Origin: Squalus acanthias
Taxonomy: Eukaryota
Assembly (NCBI GenBank): GCA_030390025.1
Contig: CM059432.1
Span: 102,054,001 to 102,118,000, forward strand
DNA: 64,000 nucleotides
Direction: 5' to 3'
The stretch's first letter is position 1, and each line of letters starts with the position of its first letter. Below the pieces are notes generated by a model. It had not been told where the DNA came from. It was given only the letters and a program-made list of their open reading frames with translations, and did not search any database. The translations under genes were made by a program, and so were the position numbers. This document shows positions 13,490 through 26,768 of the stretch, in pieces.

Positions 13490-13800
13490 AGATCCATAAG
13501 ACTGTGGGAATTCAAGGTAAGTCTGAGGAATGGATAAGAAATTGGATAAGGGTAGAATACAGCAGATAAATTGCTAGCGGACACAAGGGTTGAATATGGT
13601 ACCCGAGGGACTAGTCTTGGGACTGCTACTGTTTCATTTTATATCAACAGCTTGTATTCAGAAGCTCATATAAATTGGTCAATTTTAAAGAGGATACAAA
13701 ATTAGAAGAGGAATACAAAATGAGTTGAACAAAGTGGACGAAATAATGGCAGATTAAATTTAATATGGACATGTGTAAAATATTGTACATAAAGGAAGAA
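13490..13800 (+). mobile_element. Highly decayed CR1 RT fragment
   Basis: Remnants of the GIQG...WIRNW, GVPQGSVLG and WQIKFN motifs. Confidence 0.55.
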
Positions 13801-14599
13801 AAAAGTGGGCGATATATGGGGACGGAAATTCCTTTAGGCCTGTTTTTGGGCCTGAAATTGGCATTGTGCACAGAGTGTGTGTGCCCCAACCGAGAGGCCC
13901 AAGGCCAGCCTGAAATTGAGCCTTGGGCCTCATTAACATTATTTGGGTGAATTCAGCATTTTTTTTTCTTGTCTTTCTGTGTAAAAGCACCTAGCCTGTG
14001 CACAACTGAAATCATAGATGGTAACTCATAAGTATGAACCTGCATCTCATCATTTTACCAGTTAAAAAAAAATTATGCATATTTTTCTTTGCCAGTTTAG
14101 AGCAAGATTTTTTAAATTCTTCAAATTGAGGAAATTTTCATAATTTGAAAACTAGCGACAGTGCAGAAATTCCATAGGAACACCTCTTGAACTTACATAA
14201 AAGTCATTGTGGAATTTTCTTGTCGCATCCAGAAAATTCTTGCTCTGTTCTAAATTTTAGCAATATTTAGTGTGAAAAATGCACTCAGTGTGCAAACATT
14301 GTAATTGCCAGTGTAGTAACTCAATTTTGTTGAAAATATTGCCAAAGATTTTTCTTTTGAAATTCAGTTTCCAGGGTATTATTTATAAAGTGTTTTCTTT
14401 TAATTGGTTTGTTCATTTTCTTTTGTTATAACCTCCCCACGATACCATATCTCCAGCCTTTGGCATTGATATCCTTCCCAAAAGTGAGGATGTGTATGAG
14501 ACCAGTAGGAATTAATTGTGCTCCAGAAAAAGTTCTGCTTCTCTAGCTTTTGCTTCTCCTGTGCAGCACCAGAGAACAGGTGCTCTGGTACAAGGTCCT

Positions 14600-15289
14600 A
14601 TTTATTTTGCATTCCTAGTTGCCCTGGGAAGATGAACCACTCCCTGAACCACAGCAGTCTTTGTGCTGATGGTTCTCTCAAGGTGGGAATACCAGGATAT
14701 TGACCCAGTGACAATGAAGAAAGATCAATATATATCCAAATCAGGATGGTATGATAACTAGAGGAGAACTTGGAGGTGATGATGTTCCCACAATATTGCT
14801 ACTCCTTTTCTTCTTGGTGGTAGAAGTTGCAGAGAAGGGAGGTGCTGTCGAAGTAATCTGGTGATTTGCTGCAGTGCATTCTGCCGATTGTGTATATATC
14901 CACAGTGCGTCCGTGGAGGATGGTGTGTCCAGTGGTAGGGGCACCGATCAAGCAAATTGCTCTGTTCTAGATGATTTTGAGCTTCTCGAGTGCTGTTGCT
15001 GATGCATCTTTCCAAGCAAGTGGTGAGTATTCCATCACACTCCTGGCTTGAATCATGTAGATGGTTGAGAAGTTTTGAGGAATTAGGAGCAATGTTCCCT
15101 TTTTTTGGGTGCGCAGCGGGGCAAAACTTTACATTGAGAAAGCCGGTCCCGGGCTGCGCGGGATCGGCAGAGAGGTATGTGGCCGCACACCTTACAGGGA
15201 ATGTTGGTTCGGAGGTGAGCCATTTGTTAGAGTAGCCAGCTTCTGCCTTGCAGACATGATGTTGATATGACTGGTTCAGTTACGCTGCT
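14600..15289 (-). mobile_element. Old copy of a second CR1-group LINE family (left part; continues at 27171-27340)
   Basis: Degenerate match to 25289-25930, e.g. TATTCCATCACACTCC and GTGATGTTCCCA. It resumes in register after the 15290-27170 insertion. Confidence 0.7.
15090..15206. mobile_element. hAT-type MITE
   Basis: TIRs CAATGTTCCCT / AGGGAATGTTG with a degenerate 8-bp TSD (ATTAGGAG / GTTCGGAG). Same TIR type as 51670-51821. Confidence 0.7.
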
Positions 15290-16184
15290 ACATAATAAGA
15301 AATAGGAGTAGGAGTCGGCCATTCAGCCCTTCAAGCCTCCTCCGCCATTCAATAAGATCATGGCTGATCTTCTAATTCAACTCCACCTGCCCGCACTATC
15401 CCCATATCCCTTGATTCCCTTAATATCCAAAACGCTATCGATCTCAGTCTTGAATATACTCAACGACTGAGCATCCACTGCCCTCTGGGGTAGAAAAATC
15501 CAAAGATTCACAACCAATTGAGTGAAGAAATTTCTCCTCATCTCAGTCCTAAATGGCTGACCCCTTATTCTGAGACTGTGACCCCTAGTTCTAGACACCC
15601 TGGCCAGAGGAAGCATCCTCCCTGCATCTACCCTGTCAAGCTCTGTAAGAATGTTATATGTTTCACGGAGATCACCTCTTATTCTTCTAAATTCTAGGGA
15701 ATATAGGTCTAGTCTCCTCATCTCTCCTCATAAGACAATCCCCCCATCCTAGGAATCAATCTAGTGAACCTTTGTTGCACTCCTTCTAAGAGAAATATAT
15801 CCTTCCTTAGGTAAGAAGACCAAAACTGTACACAGTACTCCAGGTGTGGTCTCACCAGGGCCCTATATAATTGCAGCAAGACTTCTTTACTGTTATACTC
15901 CAATCCTATTGTAATAAAGGCTAACATACCATTTGATTTCCTAATTGCTTGCTGTACCTGCAGTGATTTGTGTACCAGGATACCCAGGTCCCTCTGAATA
16001 CCAACATTTCCCAATCTCGCACCATTTGAAAAATATTCTGCTTTTCTATTTTTCCTACCAAAGAGGATAACTTCACATTTCTCCACATTATATTCCATCT
16101 GCTATGTTCTTGCCCACTCACTTAACCTGTCTATATCCCTTTGCAGTCTCTTTGCATCCTCCTCACAACTTACTTTCCCACCTA

Positions 16185-17018
16185 CATAGGATTATATAGG
16201 ATTACATAGGATATACAGCACAGAAACAGGCCATTCGGCCCAACCAGTCCATGCCGGCGTTTATGCTCCACTCGAGCCTCCTCCCATCTTTCCTATCTAA
16301 CTCTATCAGCATAACCCTCTATTCCCTTCTCCCTCATATGCTTATGAAGCCTCCCTTTAAATGCATCTATACTATTCACTTCAACCACTCCCTGTGGTAG
16401 CAAGTTTCACATTCTCACCACTCTCTGGGTAAAGAAGTTTCTTCTGAATTCACTATTTGATTTCTTGGTGACTATCTTATATTGATGGCCTCTAGTTTTG
16501 CTCTTCCTCACAAGAGGAGACACTCTCTCTGTATCTACTCTATCAAAACCTTTCATAATTTAAAGACCTCTATTAGGGTCACCCCTCAAGCTTCTCTGAT
16601 CAAGAGAAAAGAGACCCAGCCTGTTCATTCTTTCCTGGTAGGTAAAGCCTCGCATTTCTGGTATCATCCTTGCAAATCTTTTTTGCACCCTCTCCAGTGC
16701 CTCTATATCCTTTTTATAATATGGCGACCAAAACTGTACACAGTACTCCAAGTGTGGTCAAACCAAGGTTTGATACAAGTTTAGCATAACTTCTCTACTT
16801 TTCAATTCTTTCCCTCTCGAAATAAACCTGAGTGCTTGTTCTTGGTTTGCTTTTTTTATGGCCTTATTAACCTGCGTCGCTACTTTTAGTGATTTGTGTA
16901 TTTGTACTCCGAGATTCCTTTGCTCTTCTACCCCATTTAGATTCTTATTTTCCAAGTAATATGTGACCTCCTTATTTTTCTTACCAAAATGTAATACCTC
17001 ACATTTATCTGTGTTTAT
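16185..17018 (-). mobile_element. 5'-truncated CR1 of another subfamily nested in CR1
   Basis: Has its own (TAATCCTATG)n-type tail at 16185-16215 and EYCVQFWSPYYKKDIEALERVQ. The host RT resumes at 17019, with a CTA duplication. Confidence 0.85.
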
Positions 17019-17830
17019 CTAGCTTTGTATCGTCAGAAAACTTGGATACATTACACTCAGTCCCCTCATCTAAATCATTGACATAGATTGTAAATAACTG
17101 AGGCCTAAGCACTGATTATTGTGGTACCCCACTAGTTACAGCCTGACAACCTGAAAATGACCTGTTTATTCCTACTCTCTGTTTTCTGTCCATTAACCGA
17201 TCCTCAATCCCTGCTAATATATTACCCCCAATCCCAAGAGCCCTAATTTTGTTTACTAACCTCTTGTGTGGCACCTTATCGAATGCTTTCTGAAAATCCA
17301 AATACACTACATCCACTGGTTCCCCCTTCTCTACCCTGCTAGTTACAACCTGAAAAAACTCTAACAGATTTTTCAAAATGATTTTCCTTTCATAAATCAA
17401 TGTTAACTCTGCCCAATCATATTGTGATTTTCTAAGTGCCCTGTTACCACGTCCCTAATAATACATTCTAGCATTCTAGCATTGATGTCAGGCTAACTGG
17501 CCTGTAGTTCCCTGTTTTCTCTCTGCCTCCTTTCTTAAAGAGCGTGGTTACATTTGTTACCTTCCAATCTGCAGGGACCATTCTAGAATCTAGGGAATTC
17601 TGGTAGATCAAAACTAATGCACCCACTTTCTCTATAGCCACCTCTTTAAAACCCTAGGATGTAGGCCATCAGGTCCAGGGGATTTGTTGGCTTTTAGTCC
17701 CATTATTTTTTCCAGTACTATTTGTTTACTAATGCTAATTTCTTTAAGTTCCTCATTCTCACTAAACCCTTGGTTCCCCACTACTTCTGGAATGTTTTTT
17801 TGCATCTTCTTCTGTGAAGACAGATACAAA

Positions 17831-19504
17831 AGCCAGCATTTTCCGAGGTGTCAGCGGGCAGGATCAGTGGCGGGTCGGGTGGGAAAGTGTTTTTTTTTGA
17901 CAGCGGGTCAGGAACCGGCTGTCAACCCGCCGCAACGTGCCGTTCCCAATGTCGGGTCTGTCAGCGCTGAGCAGACCCAACAGGCAGCGGCAGGCGACCC
18001 AATTAAACTAATTATAATGTACTTACCAAACCCATAACATGCTTTTTTTACCTTACTTTTTAACTTTAACTTCATGGCCACGGGAAGCACGCTGTTCGGT
18101 GACCACGTCTGTCAACCTGAGGTGGGAGGTTCAGTGGCCATTGCTGCAGCTGATTACTTGACAGCTTCAAATGTACAGTGAAAGCTCCCACCTGACAGAT
18201 CTTCACTTTCCTCAACCAAAAGTTGTTCCTCACTGCATTTCCCCAACAGATTCAGCATGCTGCAAGTCTTTCCATAAGTCTCCATCCAGTCTAACCTCAT
18301 TACCTTGCTCACCATTGACAGATCACTTCTGTCATCTGTACTTCACCTGCCATCTATTCCATCAGCATGGGTGCCATTTATACTGTCTCACCTTGGTATT
18401 CAGAATCGGACCATGATGAGCCCCAACACCAGCAGCACCAACAACAACACCAACCTTCTCCGCAATCACCTGATGCTGCACAGGACAGAGGACATCAGCA
18501 CCCGACCATCTTGCTACCCAGGAGGCCAGGGATGTCCTCATCCTGGCCAGATTTACTTAACTTTACGCTGCACACCCTGGCTGCCACATGATACGCCATA
18601 AAGCATCCCTACAACGCTCAAACCATTCCTTTCACACTCACCACCATTGCAGGGGGCACCGTTATGTCTCACCATTCACTGCAACTCACTAAGCCAATTC
18701 CAAAGGTGCACAGAAATCTGTCCAAGAACGCGAAGTGTTAAAAATAAAGGTTTCAATGTTTGACAGCACATTAACAGAAACTTCACATCAACATTGGATA
18801 AAACACCTTTATGCGTTGTTAGTTGGTATGATTGCTCCAGGATGAGGGTGAGTGTGAGATAGGGATGTGATAATGTAGATAGAGAGGGGTGGGTGGAGGT
18901 GCAAGGTAAGTTGGTGTGAATAAGGATGTGCAGGAGTAGGGTAGGAAAGGCAGAGTGATGGGGATGTGATGAGAGGCACAGCAGGATGAGGTTGAGTGTG
19001 ACTTTGTACTAATCTTTGTGATCTAATGAGATCATTGAAACACTTGTGCCACTACAGCCATGTCCTCCTGACGACATCCCTGCTTGTGCCCTCTTGTGCA
19101 ATGTGCAACCAGGCTGTTATGGTCTCCTGAGGAGGTGTCTTCCACCCATGGGAAGGGAAGAGGACCTCCCTGCATGCTGTGACTCCCTTCATAAGCATAT
19201 GGAGGGAGTCATGGGAGAGCCTGGGTGCAGTGTAGTGCTTGTCAGTGTTTGCAACACTTCAATGCTGCAGAACACTGACAGCACAAATGGCAAAACAAAG
19301 TTGGCCGTGGTCCCTTTAAGGAAACCAGCTGATGACGTCACCAGACCCGCTTCCTCTAATTGCCCGGGAAACACTCTGGACAGGCTTAACAAGCCCAATC
19401 AATGTAAATGAATTTTAGACAGCGGGATGAAGCCAGCAGCAGAGCCGCGACCCGTCACCGACATCGCCCACCCCGGACCCGCCGAGGAGTGCAAAATCCC
19501 GGCC
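17831..19504. mobile_element. Internally deleted Harbinger element with remnants of both genes
   Basis: TIR-like ends AGCCAGCATTTT / AAAATCCCGGCC. A minus-strand Myb/SANT remnant at ~19020-19230 reads REVLFP...AWLHIAQE...RRTWL*WHKCFNDL. A possible transposase start (MGAIY...) lies at 18367. The element interrupts CR1 ORF2. Confidence 0.75.
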
Positions 19505-20763
19505 ACTGTATTTGTTTAATGTCTCAGCCATTTCCTTATTCCCCATTATAATTTCTCCGGTCTCTGCCTGTAAGGGACCCACATTTACTTTTGCTAATCT
19601 CTTCCATTTTACATACCTATAGAAGCTTTTATAATTTGTTTTTATGTCTCTTCATAGTTTACTCTCATATTCTATTTTCTTTCTCTATCAATTTCTTGGC
19701 CCTCCTTTGTTGAATTCCAAAATCCTCCCAATCCTCAGGCTTACTACTTTTCTTTGGCAACATTATAAGCTTAATCTAATACTCGCTTTAACTTCTCTTG
19801 TTAGCCATGGTTGGAGCATTTTTCCCATGGAGTTTTATTCCTTAAGGGAATGTATATTCGTTGTGAATTATGAATTCATTCTTTAAATGTTTGCCATTGC
19901 TTATCTACCATCATATCTTTTAATCTGGTTTCCCAACCTAGCTTAGCCAACTCACCTCTCATAACTATGTAGTTTTCTTTGTTCAGATTTAAAACCCTAG
20001 TTTCGGAATTAACTAAATCACTCTGAAACTCAATATAAAATTCCATCATATTATGATCATTGCACCCCAGAGGCTCCTATACTACAAGGTTATTAATTAA
20101 CCTTGTCTCATTGCACAATACTAGACCTAAAATAATCTGTTCCCCAGTTGGTTTCTCAACATACTAATCTGGAAAACTATCTTGAATGCATTCCATGAAC
20201 TCGTCCTCCACATTATTACTGCAAATTTGGTTCGCCCAGTCTATATGAAAATTAAAGTACCCTATGATTACTGTATTACCCTTGTTACATGCACCTCTAA
20301 TTTCCTGATTTATACTGTGCCTGACACTACAGCTACTGTTAGGGGGCCTACAGACTACTCCCACCAATGTTTTCTGCCCCTTGTTGTTTCTTACCTCCAT
20401 CCAAAGTGATTCTACATCTTGTGTTTCTGAGCTAAGATCCTATTTCTCTCTACTGTCTTTATCCCATCCTTTATTATCAGGGCTACCACCCCGCCCCCCA
20501 CCTTTTCCATTCTGCCTCTGTCTTCTAAAAGTCAAGTATCCTGGAATATTTAGTTCCCAACCTTGGTCACTCTGCAACCAGGTCTCCATAATGGCTATTA
20601 AATAAAACCTATTTATTTTTATCTTTGCTATTAATTCATCTATTTTGTTGCGAATGCCTCATGCATTCAGATATAATGGCTTAAGCTTTAACTTTCTTTT
20701 TTTCCCTGATGTCACCTTAGTCACTGATGCCCTATTATCTTTGTTAGCTCTCTGTTCCTTCCT

Positions 20764-20820
20764 AGTTGGCGCAGGCTCGAGGGGCCGTCTGGCCTAGTCC
20801 TGCTCCTAATTCTTATGTTC
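20764..20820 (+). mobile_element. Very short CR1 3'-tail insertion
   Basis: GCAGGCTCGAGGGGCCG...GGCCTAGTCCTGCTCCTAATTCTTATG, oriented opposite to the host CR1. Confidence 0.7.
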
Positions 20821-20850
20821 CTGACCCACTCTGATTATTTTTACCCACAT

Positions 20851-23300
20851 CAACAACAACAACAACTGCAACTTGTATTTATATAGTGCATTTAATGTAG
20901 TAAAACATCCCAAAACTTCACAGGAGTGTTATAAAACAAAATTTGACACCGAGCCACACAAGGAGAAATTAGGACAGATGACGAGTTAGGTTTTCAGGAG
21001 TGTCTTAAAGGAGGAAAGAGGGGTAAAGAGGCCGAGAGGTTTAGGGCGGGAATTCCAGAGCTTAGGGCCCAGGCAGCTGAAGGCATGGCCACCAATGGTG
21101 GAGCGATTAAAATCAGGGACGCTCAGGAGGCCAGAATTAGAGGAGTGCAGATATCTTGGGGTGGTTGTGGGGCTGGAGGAGGTTACAGAGATAGGGAGGG
21201 GCGAGGCCATGAAGGGATCTGAAAACAAGGATGAGAATTTTAAAATGAAGGCGTTGCTTAACCAGGAGCCAATGTAGGTCAGCGAGCACAGGGGTGATGG
21301 GTGAACGGGACATGGTGCGAGTTAAGACACGGGCAGCTGAGGTTTGGATCACCTCAAGTTTACGTAGGGCAGAATGTGGGATGCCAGCCAGGAGTGCGTT
21401 GGAATAGTCAAGTCTAGAGGTAACAAAGGCATGGAAGAGGGTTTCAGCAGCAGATGAGCTGAGGCAAGGGTGGAGACGGGCGATGTAACGGAGGTAGAAA
21501 GAAGCGGTCTTAGTTATGGCATGGATAGGCGATCGGAATCCCATTTCAGGGTCAAATATGACATGAAGGTTGCGAACAGTCTGGTTCAGCCTCAGACCGA
21601 TGCCAGGGAGAGGGATGGAGTCGGTGACCAGGGAACAGAGTTTGTGGTGGGGACTGAAGACAATGGCTTCAGTCTTCCCAATATTTAATTGGAGAAAATT
21701 TCTGCTCATCCAGTACTGGATATTGGACAAGCAGTCTGACAATTTAGAGACAGTGGAGGGGTCGAGAGAAGTGGTGGTGAGGTAGAGCTAGGTGTTGTCA
21801 GCGAACATGTGGAAACATGCTGTGTTTTCGGATGATGTCGCGAGGGGCAGCATGTAGATGAGAAATAGGCGGGGCCAAGGATAGATCCTTGGGGGACACG
21901 AGAGGTAACAATGCATGAGCGGGAAGAGAAGCCATTGCAGGTGATTCTCTGGCTATGATTAGATAGATAAGATGGAACCAGGCGAGTGCAGTCCCACCCA
22001 GCTGGACGACAGTGGAGAGGCGTTGGAGGAGGATGGAGTGGTCAACCATGTGAAAGGCTGCAGACAGGTAGAGAAGGACGAGGAGGACTAGTTTACTTTT
22101 GTCACAGTCACAAAGGATGTAATTTGTGACTTTGATGAGAGCCGTTTTGGTACTGTGGCTGGGGTGGAAACCTGATTGGAGGGATTCAAACTTGGAGTTC
22201 TGGGAAAGATGGGCATGGATTTGAGAGGTGACAACACGTTCAAGGACTTTGGAGAGGAAAGGCAGGTTGGAGATGGGGTGGTAGTTTGCAAGGACGGAAG
22301 GGTCAAGGGTTGTTTTTTTGAGGAGAGGGGTGATGACAGCAGATTTGAATTAGATGGGGACAGTACCTGAGGAGAGAGAACCATTAACAATATCAGCTAA
22401 CATGGGAGCCAGAAAAAGAAGTTGGGTGGTCAGCAGTTTGGTGGGAATAGGGTCGAGGGAGCAGGAAGTGGGTCTCATGAACAAGCTGAGCGCAGAGAGG
22501 TTGTGAGGAGTGATTGGAGAGAAACTGGAGAAAGATGCGAGTTCAGGGCCAGGGCAGGGGGGAATCCTAGAGGAAGCTTGGCCCAGTGGGTTAGGGGAAG
22601 GAAGGGAAGTGGCAGAGGCAGCTGATAGGATGGTCTCAATCCTAGAGACAAAGAAGTGCATGAGCTCCTCACAGTTGTTGTTGGAGGTGAGGGTGGAGGA
22701 GTCAGGGGAGAGGGATTTAAGACGGTTAGCAGTAGAGAAAAGAAGCCGGGGGTTATCTTTGCATACCAGAATGATCCTGGAACAGTGACCAGTTTTGGCA
22801 GACAAGAGCAGGACCCGATAATGCATTATGTGGTCCAGCCAGATCTGTCGGTGAATGGCTAAGCCAGTTATCCGCCATATCCGTTCAAGTCTGCATCCCT
22901 TGGACTTAAGGGAGTAGAGATGAGCTGTACCGGGGGAATGGCCAGGGCGAGAGAGAGTAATGCTTTTAATAGGAACTATCAAAGGTGTAGTGAGGGTGTG
23001 GTTGAGCAGAAATGTTGTGGTGAATGGAGGGCCAGAGGCTGGACAGTTAGGATTTCACAAGTGCAGTTGTAAGTGAGTTGGAAGAGAGTTTTTTCTGGGG
23101 CGGACACAGAAGAAAGTAGGGTTGAGGGTTGGCAGGGTGGGAAAGTCGGCGAGAGAGTGGGATGGGGCAGTTGAGGTTGCTGCTCGTGAGGAGATAGCGA
23201 TGAGTGCCTCGATGGGCCCTTTGGAGGATGTCAAGAGAAGCAAAGAGGGAAGCTGTAAGCTTTACTAAGAGGGAGTCAATCCTGGGACGGCGGCAGGAGA
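20851..23300 (-). mobile_element. L2 (LINE2) element, decayed ORF2
   Basis: DCLSNIQYWMSRNFLQLNIGKTEA, HAFVTSRLDYSNALL, SPITPVLADLHWL and CSLDPIPTKLL. 3' tail CACTATATAAATACAAG followed by (TTG)n. Confidence 0.9.
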
Positions 23301-23402
23301 GTAGGAAGGGTTGTCACTACTCTGCTCTACAGCCTTGACATTTCTCTTACTGCTTTTGAATTTACCATTTCCTGAATCCTCCCACCACTCCCCCCGCCTT
23401 CA

Positions 23403-25247
23403 TTAGTTTAAAGCCCTATCTACCGCCCTAGTTATTCGATTTGCCAGGATGCTGGTCCCAGCCTGGTTTAAGTGGATCCCATCCCAACCGAACAGCTCCC
23501 TCTTTCCCCAGTACTGGTGCCAGTGCCCCATGAATTGAAACCCCTGCCTCCCACACCACTCTTTCAGCCACGCATTTAACCTTCTAATCTGCTTGTCCCT
23601 TTGCCAATTTGCACGTGGCTCAGATAACAATCCAGAGATTATTACCTCTGAGGTTCTGCCTTTTAATTTCAACCCTAGCTCCTCAAACTCTCTCATCAGA
23701 ACCTCAGTCCTAATTCTACCTATGTTGTTGGTTTCTGCATGGACCACGACAACTGGATCCTCCCCCTCCCACTCCAAGTTCTTCTCCAGCCGCGAGGAGA
23801 TATCCTTAACCCTGGCACCAGGCAGGCAACACAGCCTTCAGAACTCTCAGTCGTGGCTGCAGAGAACAGTATCTATCCCCCTGGCTATACTGTCCCCTAG
23901 CACTACATAATTCCTTTTCACTCCCTCTACTTGAATGGCCTCCTATACCCCGGTGCCGTGGTCAGTTTGCTCACCCACCCTGCAGACTTAACCCTCATCC
24001 AAACAGGCAGCAAGAACCTCGGCCGCGATTTTCTCCTCGGTGTCGGGATGGGGGCGGATCAGCTGGTTTCCGGGTTCCGGTCCCGCCCCCAGCTGCCTCC
24101 GCTCCACAGACGTGATTTTCCCTTGATTGGCCTTGTTAAGCCCGCCCTGCGGGCTCACTGGCCAATTAACAGGAAGCGGGTCTGATGACGTCATTCCACA
24201 TCATCTGCCGGTTTCCTTAAGAGGACCACGCACAATTTTATTTTGAGTTGATTTTTCAGTGTTTGACAGCATTGAGGTGCTGGAAACACTGACAATCACT
24301 GCACAAAGGTGAACTCTTGCGCCCAGGCTCTCCAATGACTCCCTCCATATGCTGGAATAGATAGCAGCTGCAGGTGAGATGACAGAAGCGATCTGTCACT
24401 GGTTAGAGAGGTTCTCCCAATTAGGTCGTACTGGACATACAGTTGGATTTAAAAACTTGTAAGCTAAAGAAATCTGTATATGTATTAAAAATGCAGTAAC
24501 CAACATTTTCTTTGCTCTGAAACTCACCATGTGCAACATTGCATCCTTGAATTCACTTCTGCAGCTGTCACCTTTTCACAAACATTAGGCCAGACTCACA
24601 ACACGCCACACTTGCCTGGCGTGTTGCCCGGACACCGTGAAACCCGACCCAGAAGCTGGAAAATCGAAAAACAGCCTGAAAACTACTGGCAAGTGCCTGG
24701 TAATAGGCCTTTAAGGTTAAATGCCTTTAATCGGTTTCTCGCCGCTAGGTGTCGGGTCCATTCGCAAATCGGGGACCCGACACTTGGGAAGGTTGTTTGG
24801 AGGCCGGTTGATGGCGGGTGCGAAACCCGCCGTCAATCAAAATGACTTTAACCTCTGACCCGCCTCCAAACCCGCCCTCTGAGCGCTGGCAAAATTGCGG
24901 CCCTCGTATCTGTTGGATAAGGGCAAAGGCCAAGGCTCCTCCAGCACTGCACCTGGGGTCCCCTTACCTGCCTGAGTCACAGTCACACCCTCCTGTCCCT
25001 GACCACTAACCAGACATGTACAACTACATAACCTAAGAGGTGTGACTGCCTCCTGGTTCAAAGTGCTCAGGAAACTCTCCTCCACCCTGATGCCCCGCAA
25101 TGTCTGCAGCTCGGACTCCAGATCAACAATTCTGAGCTGAATTTCCTCGAGATGCAGACACTTACTGCAGATGTGGTCGTCCGGGATCACGATGCTCTCC
25201 ACAAACTCCCATATGCTGCAGTTGCGGCAAACCATCTGCACTGCCAT
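23403..25247 (-). pseudogene. CR1 ORF1 (zinc-finger/leucine-zipper plus SGNH esterase-like domain), interrupted by a MITE
   Basis: N-terminal CRNCSIWE...ICSKC...LQLRIVDLESELQTL. C-terminal VVVHAETNNIG...LNAWLKEWC...DGIHLN. Confidence 0.8.
24021..24902. mobile_element. Harbinger-type MITE inserted in CR1 ORF1
   Basis: TIRs GGCCGCGATTTT / AAAATTGCGGCC and a perfect TSD CTC. Shares GATGACGTCA and CCAGGCTCTCC..TGACTCCCT segments with 17831-19504. Confidence 0.85.
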
Positions 25248-25288
25248 CCCTAAAAATTGTGTTTTACTTATTAACTAATTTTTTTAAA

Positions 25289-26665
25289 TTATTCGTTATG
25301 GGATGTGGGCGTCGCTGGCAAGGCCAGCATTTATTGCCCATTCCTAATTGCCCTTGAGAAGGTGGTGGTGAGCCACCTTCTTGAACCGCTCCAGTCCGTG
25401 TGGTAAAGGTACTCTCATAGTGCTGTTAGGGAGGGAGTTCCAGGATTTTGACCCAACGACAATGAATGATCGGCGATATACTTCTAAGTCAGGATGGTGT
25501 GTGACTTGGAGGGGAACTTGGAGGAGGTGGTGTTCCCATGCGCCTGCTGCCCTTGTCCGTCTAGGTGGAAGAGGTCACGGGTTTGGGAGGTGCTGCCAAA
25601 GAAGCCTTGGCGAGTTGCTGCAGTGCATCTTGTAGATGGTACACACTGCAGCCACAGTATGCCGGTGATGGAGGGAGTGAATGTTTAAGGTGGTGGATGG
25701 GGTGCCAATCAAGCGGGCTGCTTTGTCCTGGATGGTGTCAAGCTTCTTGAGTGTTGTTGGAGCTGCACTCATCATGCAAGTGGAGAGTATTCCATCACAC
25801 TCCTTACTTGTGCCTTGTAGATGGTGGAAAGGGTTTGGGGAGTCCGGAGGTGAGACACTCACTGCAGAATACCTAGCCTCTGACCTGCTCTTGTTGCCAC
25901 AGTATTTATATGGCTGGTCCAGTTAAGTTTCTGGTCAATGGTAACCACCAGGATGTTGATGGTGGGGGATTTGGTGATGGTAATGCCATTGAATAACAAG
26001 GGGAGGTGGTTAGACTCTTACTTGTTGGAGATAGTCATTGCCTGGCACTTCTGTGGCACAAATGTTACCTGCCACTTATCAGCCCAAGCCTGAACGTCGT
26101 CCAGGTCTTGTTGCATGAGGGCATGGACTGCTTCATTATCTGAGGAGTTGCGAATGGCGCTGAACACTGTGCAGTCATCAGCGAACATCCCCATTGCTGA
26201 CCTTATGTTGGAGAGAAGGTCATTGATGAAGCAGCTGAAGATGGTTGGACCTAGGACACTGCCCTGAGGAACTCTTGCAGCGATGTCTTGGGGCTGTGAT
26301 GATTGACCTTCAACCACCACAACCATCTTCCTTTGTGCTAGGTATGACTCCAGCCAGTGGAGAGTTTTCCCCCGATTCCCATTGACTTCAGTTTTACTTG
26401 GGCTCCTTGATGCCACACTCGGTAAAATGCTGCCTTGATGTCAAGGGCATCACTCTCCCATCACCTCTGGAATTCAGCTCCTTTGTCCATGTTTGGAGCA
26501 AGGCTGTATTGAGGTCGGGAGCCGAGTGGTCTGGGTGGAACTCAAACTGGGCATCAGTGAGCAGGTTATTGGTGAGTAAGTGCTGCTTGATAGCACTGTT
26601 GATGACACCTTCCATCACTTTGCTGATGATTGAGAGTAGACTGATGGGGTGGTAATTGGTCGGCA
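25289..26665 (-). mobile_element. CR1-group LINE, second family, 5'-truncated RT region with 3'UTR
   Basis: NYHPISLLSIISKVME, VPQGSVLGP, MFADDC and TIQDKAARLIG. The 3'UTR ends AATAAATGCTGGCCTTGCCAGCGACGCCCACATCCC. Confidence 0.85.
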
Positions 26666-26768
26666 TATAGCTTAGTTTATTAACTAATTACCTGATCTAG
26701 TTTAAGTTATATGTGCATTAAATTAAATATTTATCTGCAACACAAACCACTCCAAATTCGCACACTCG

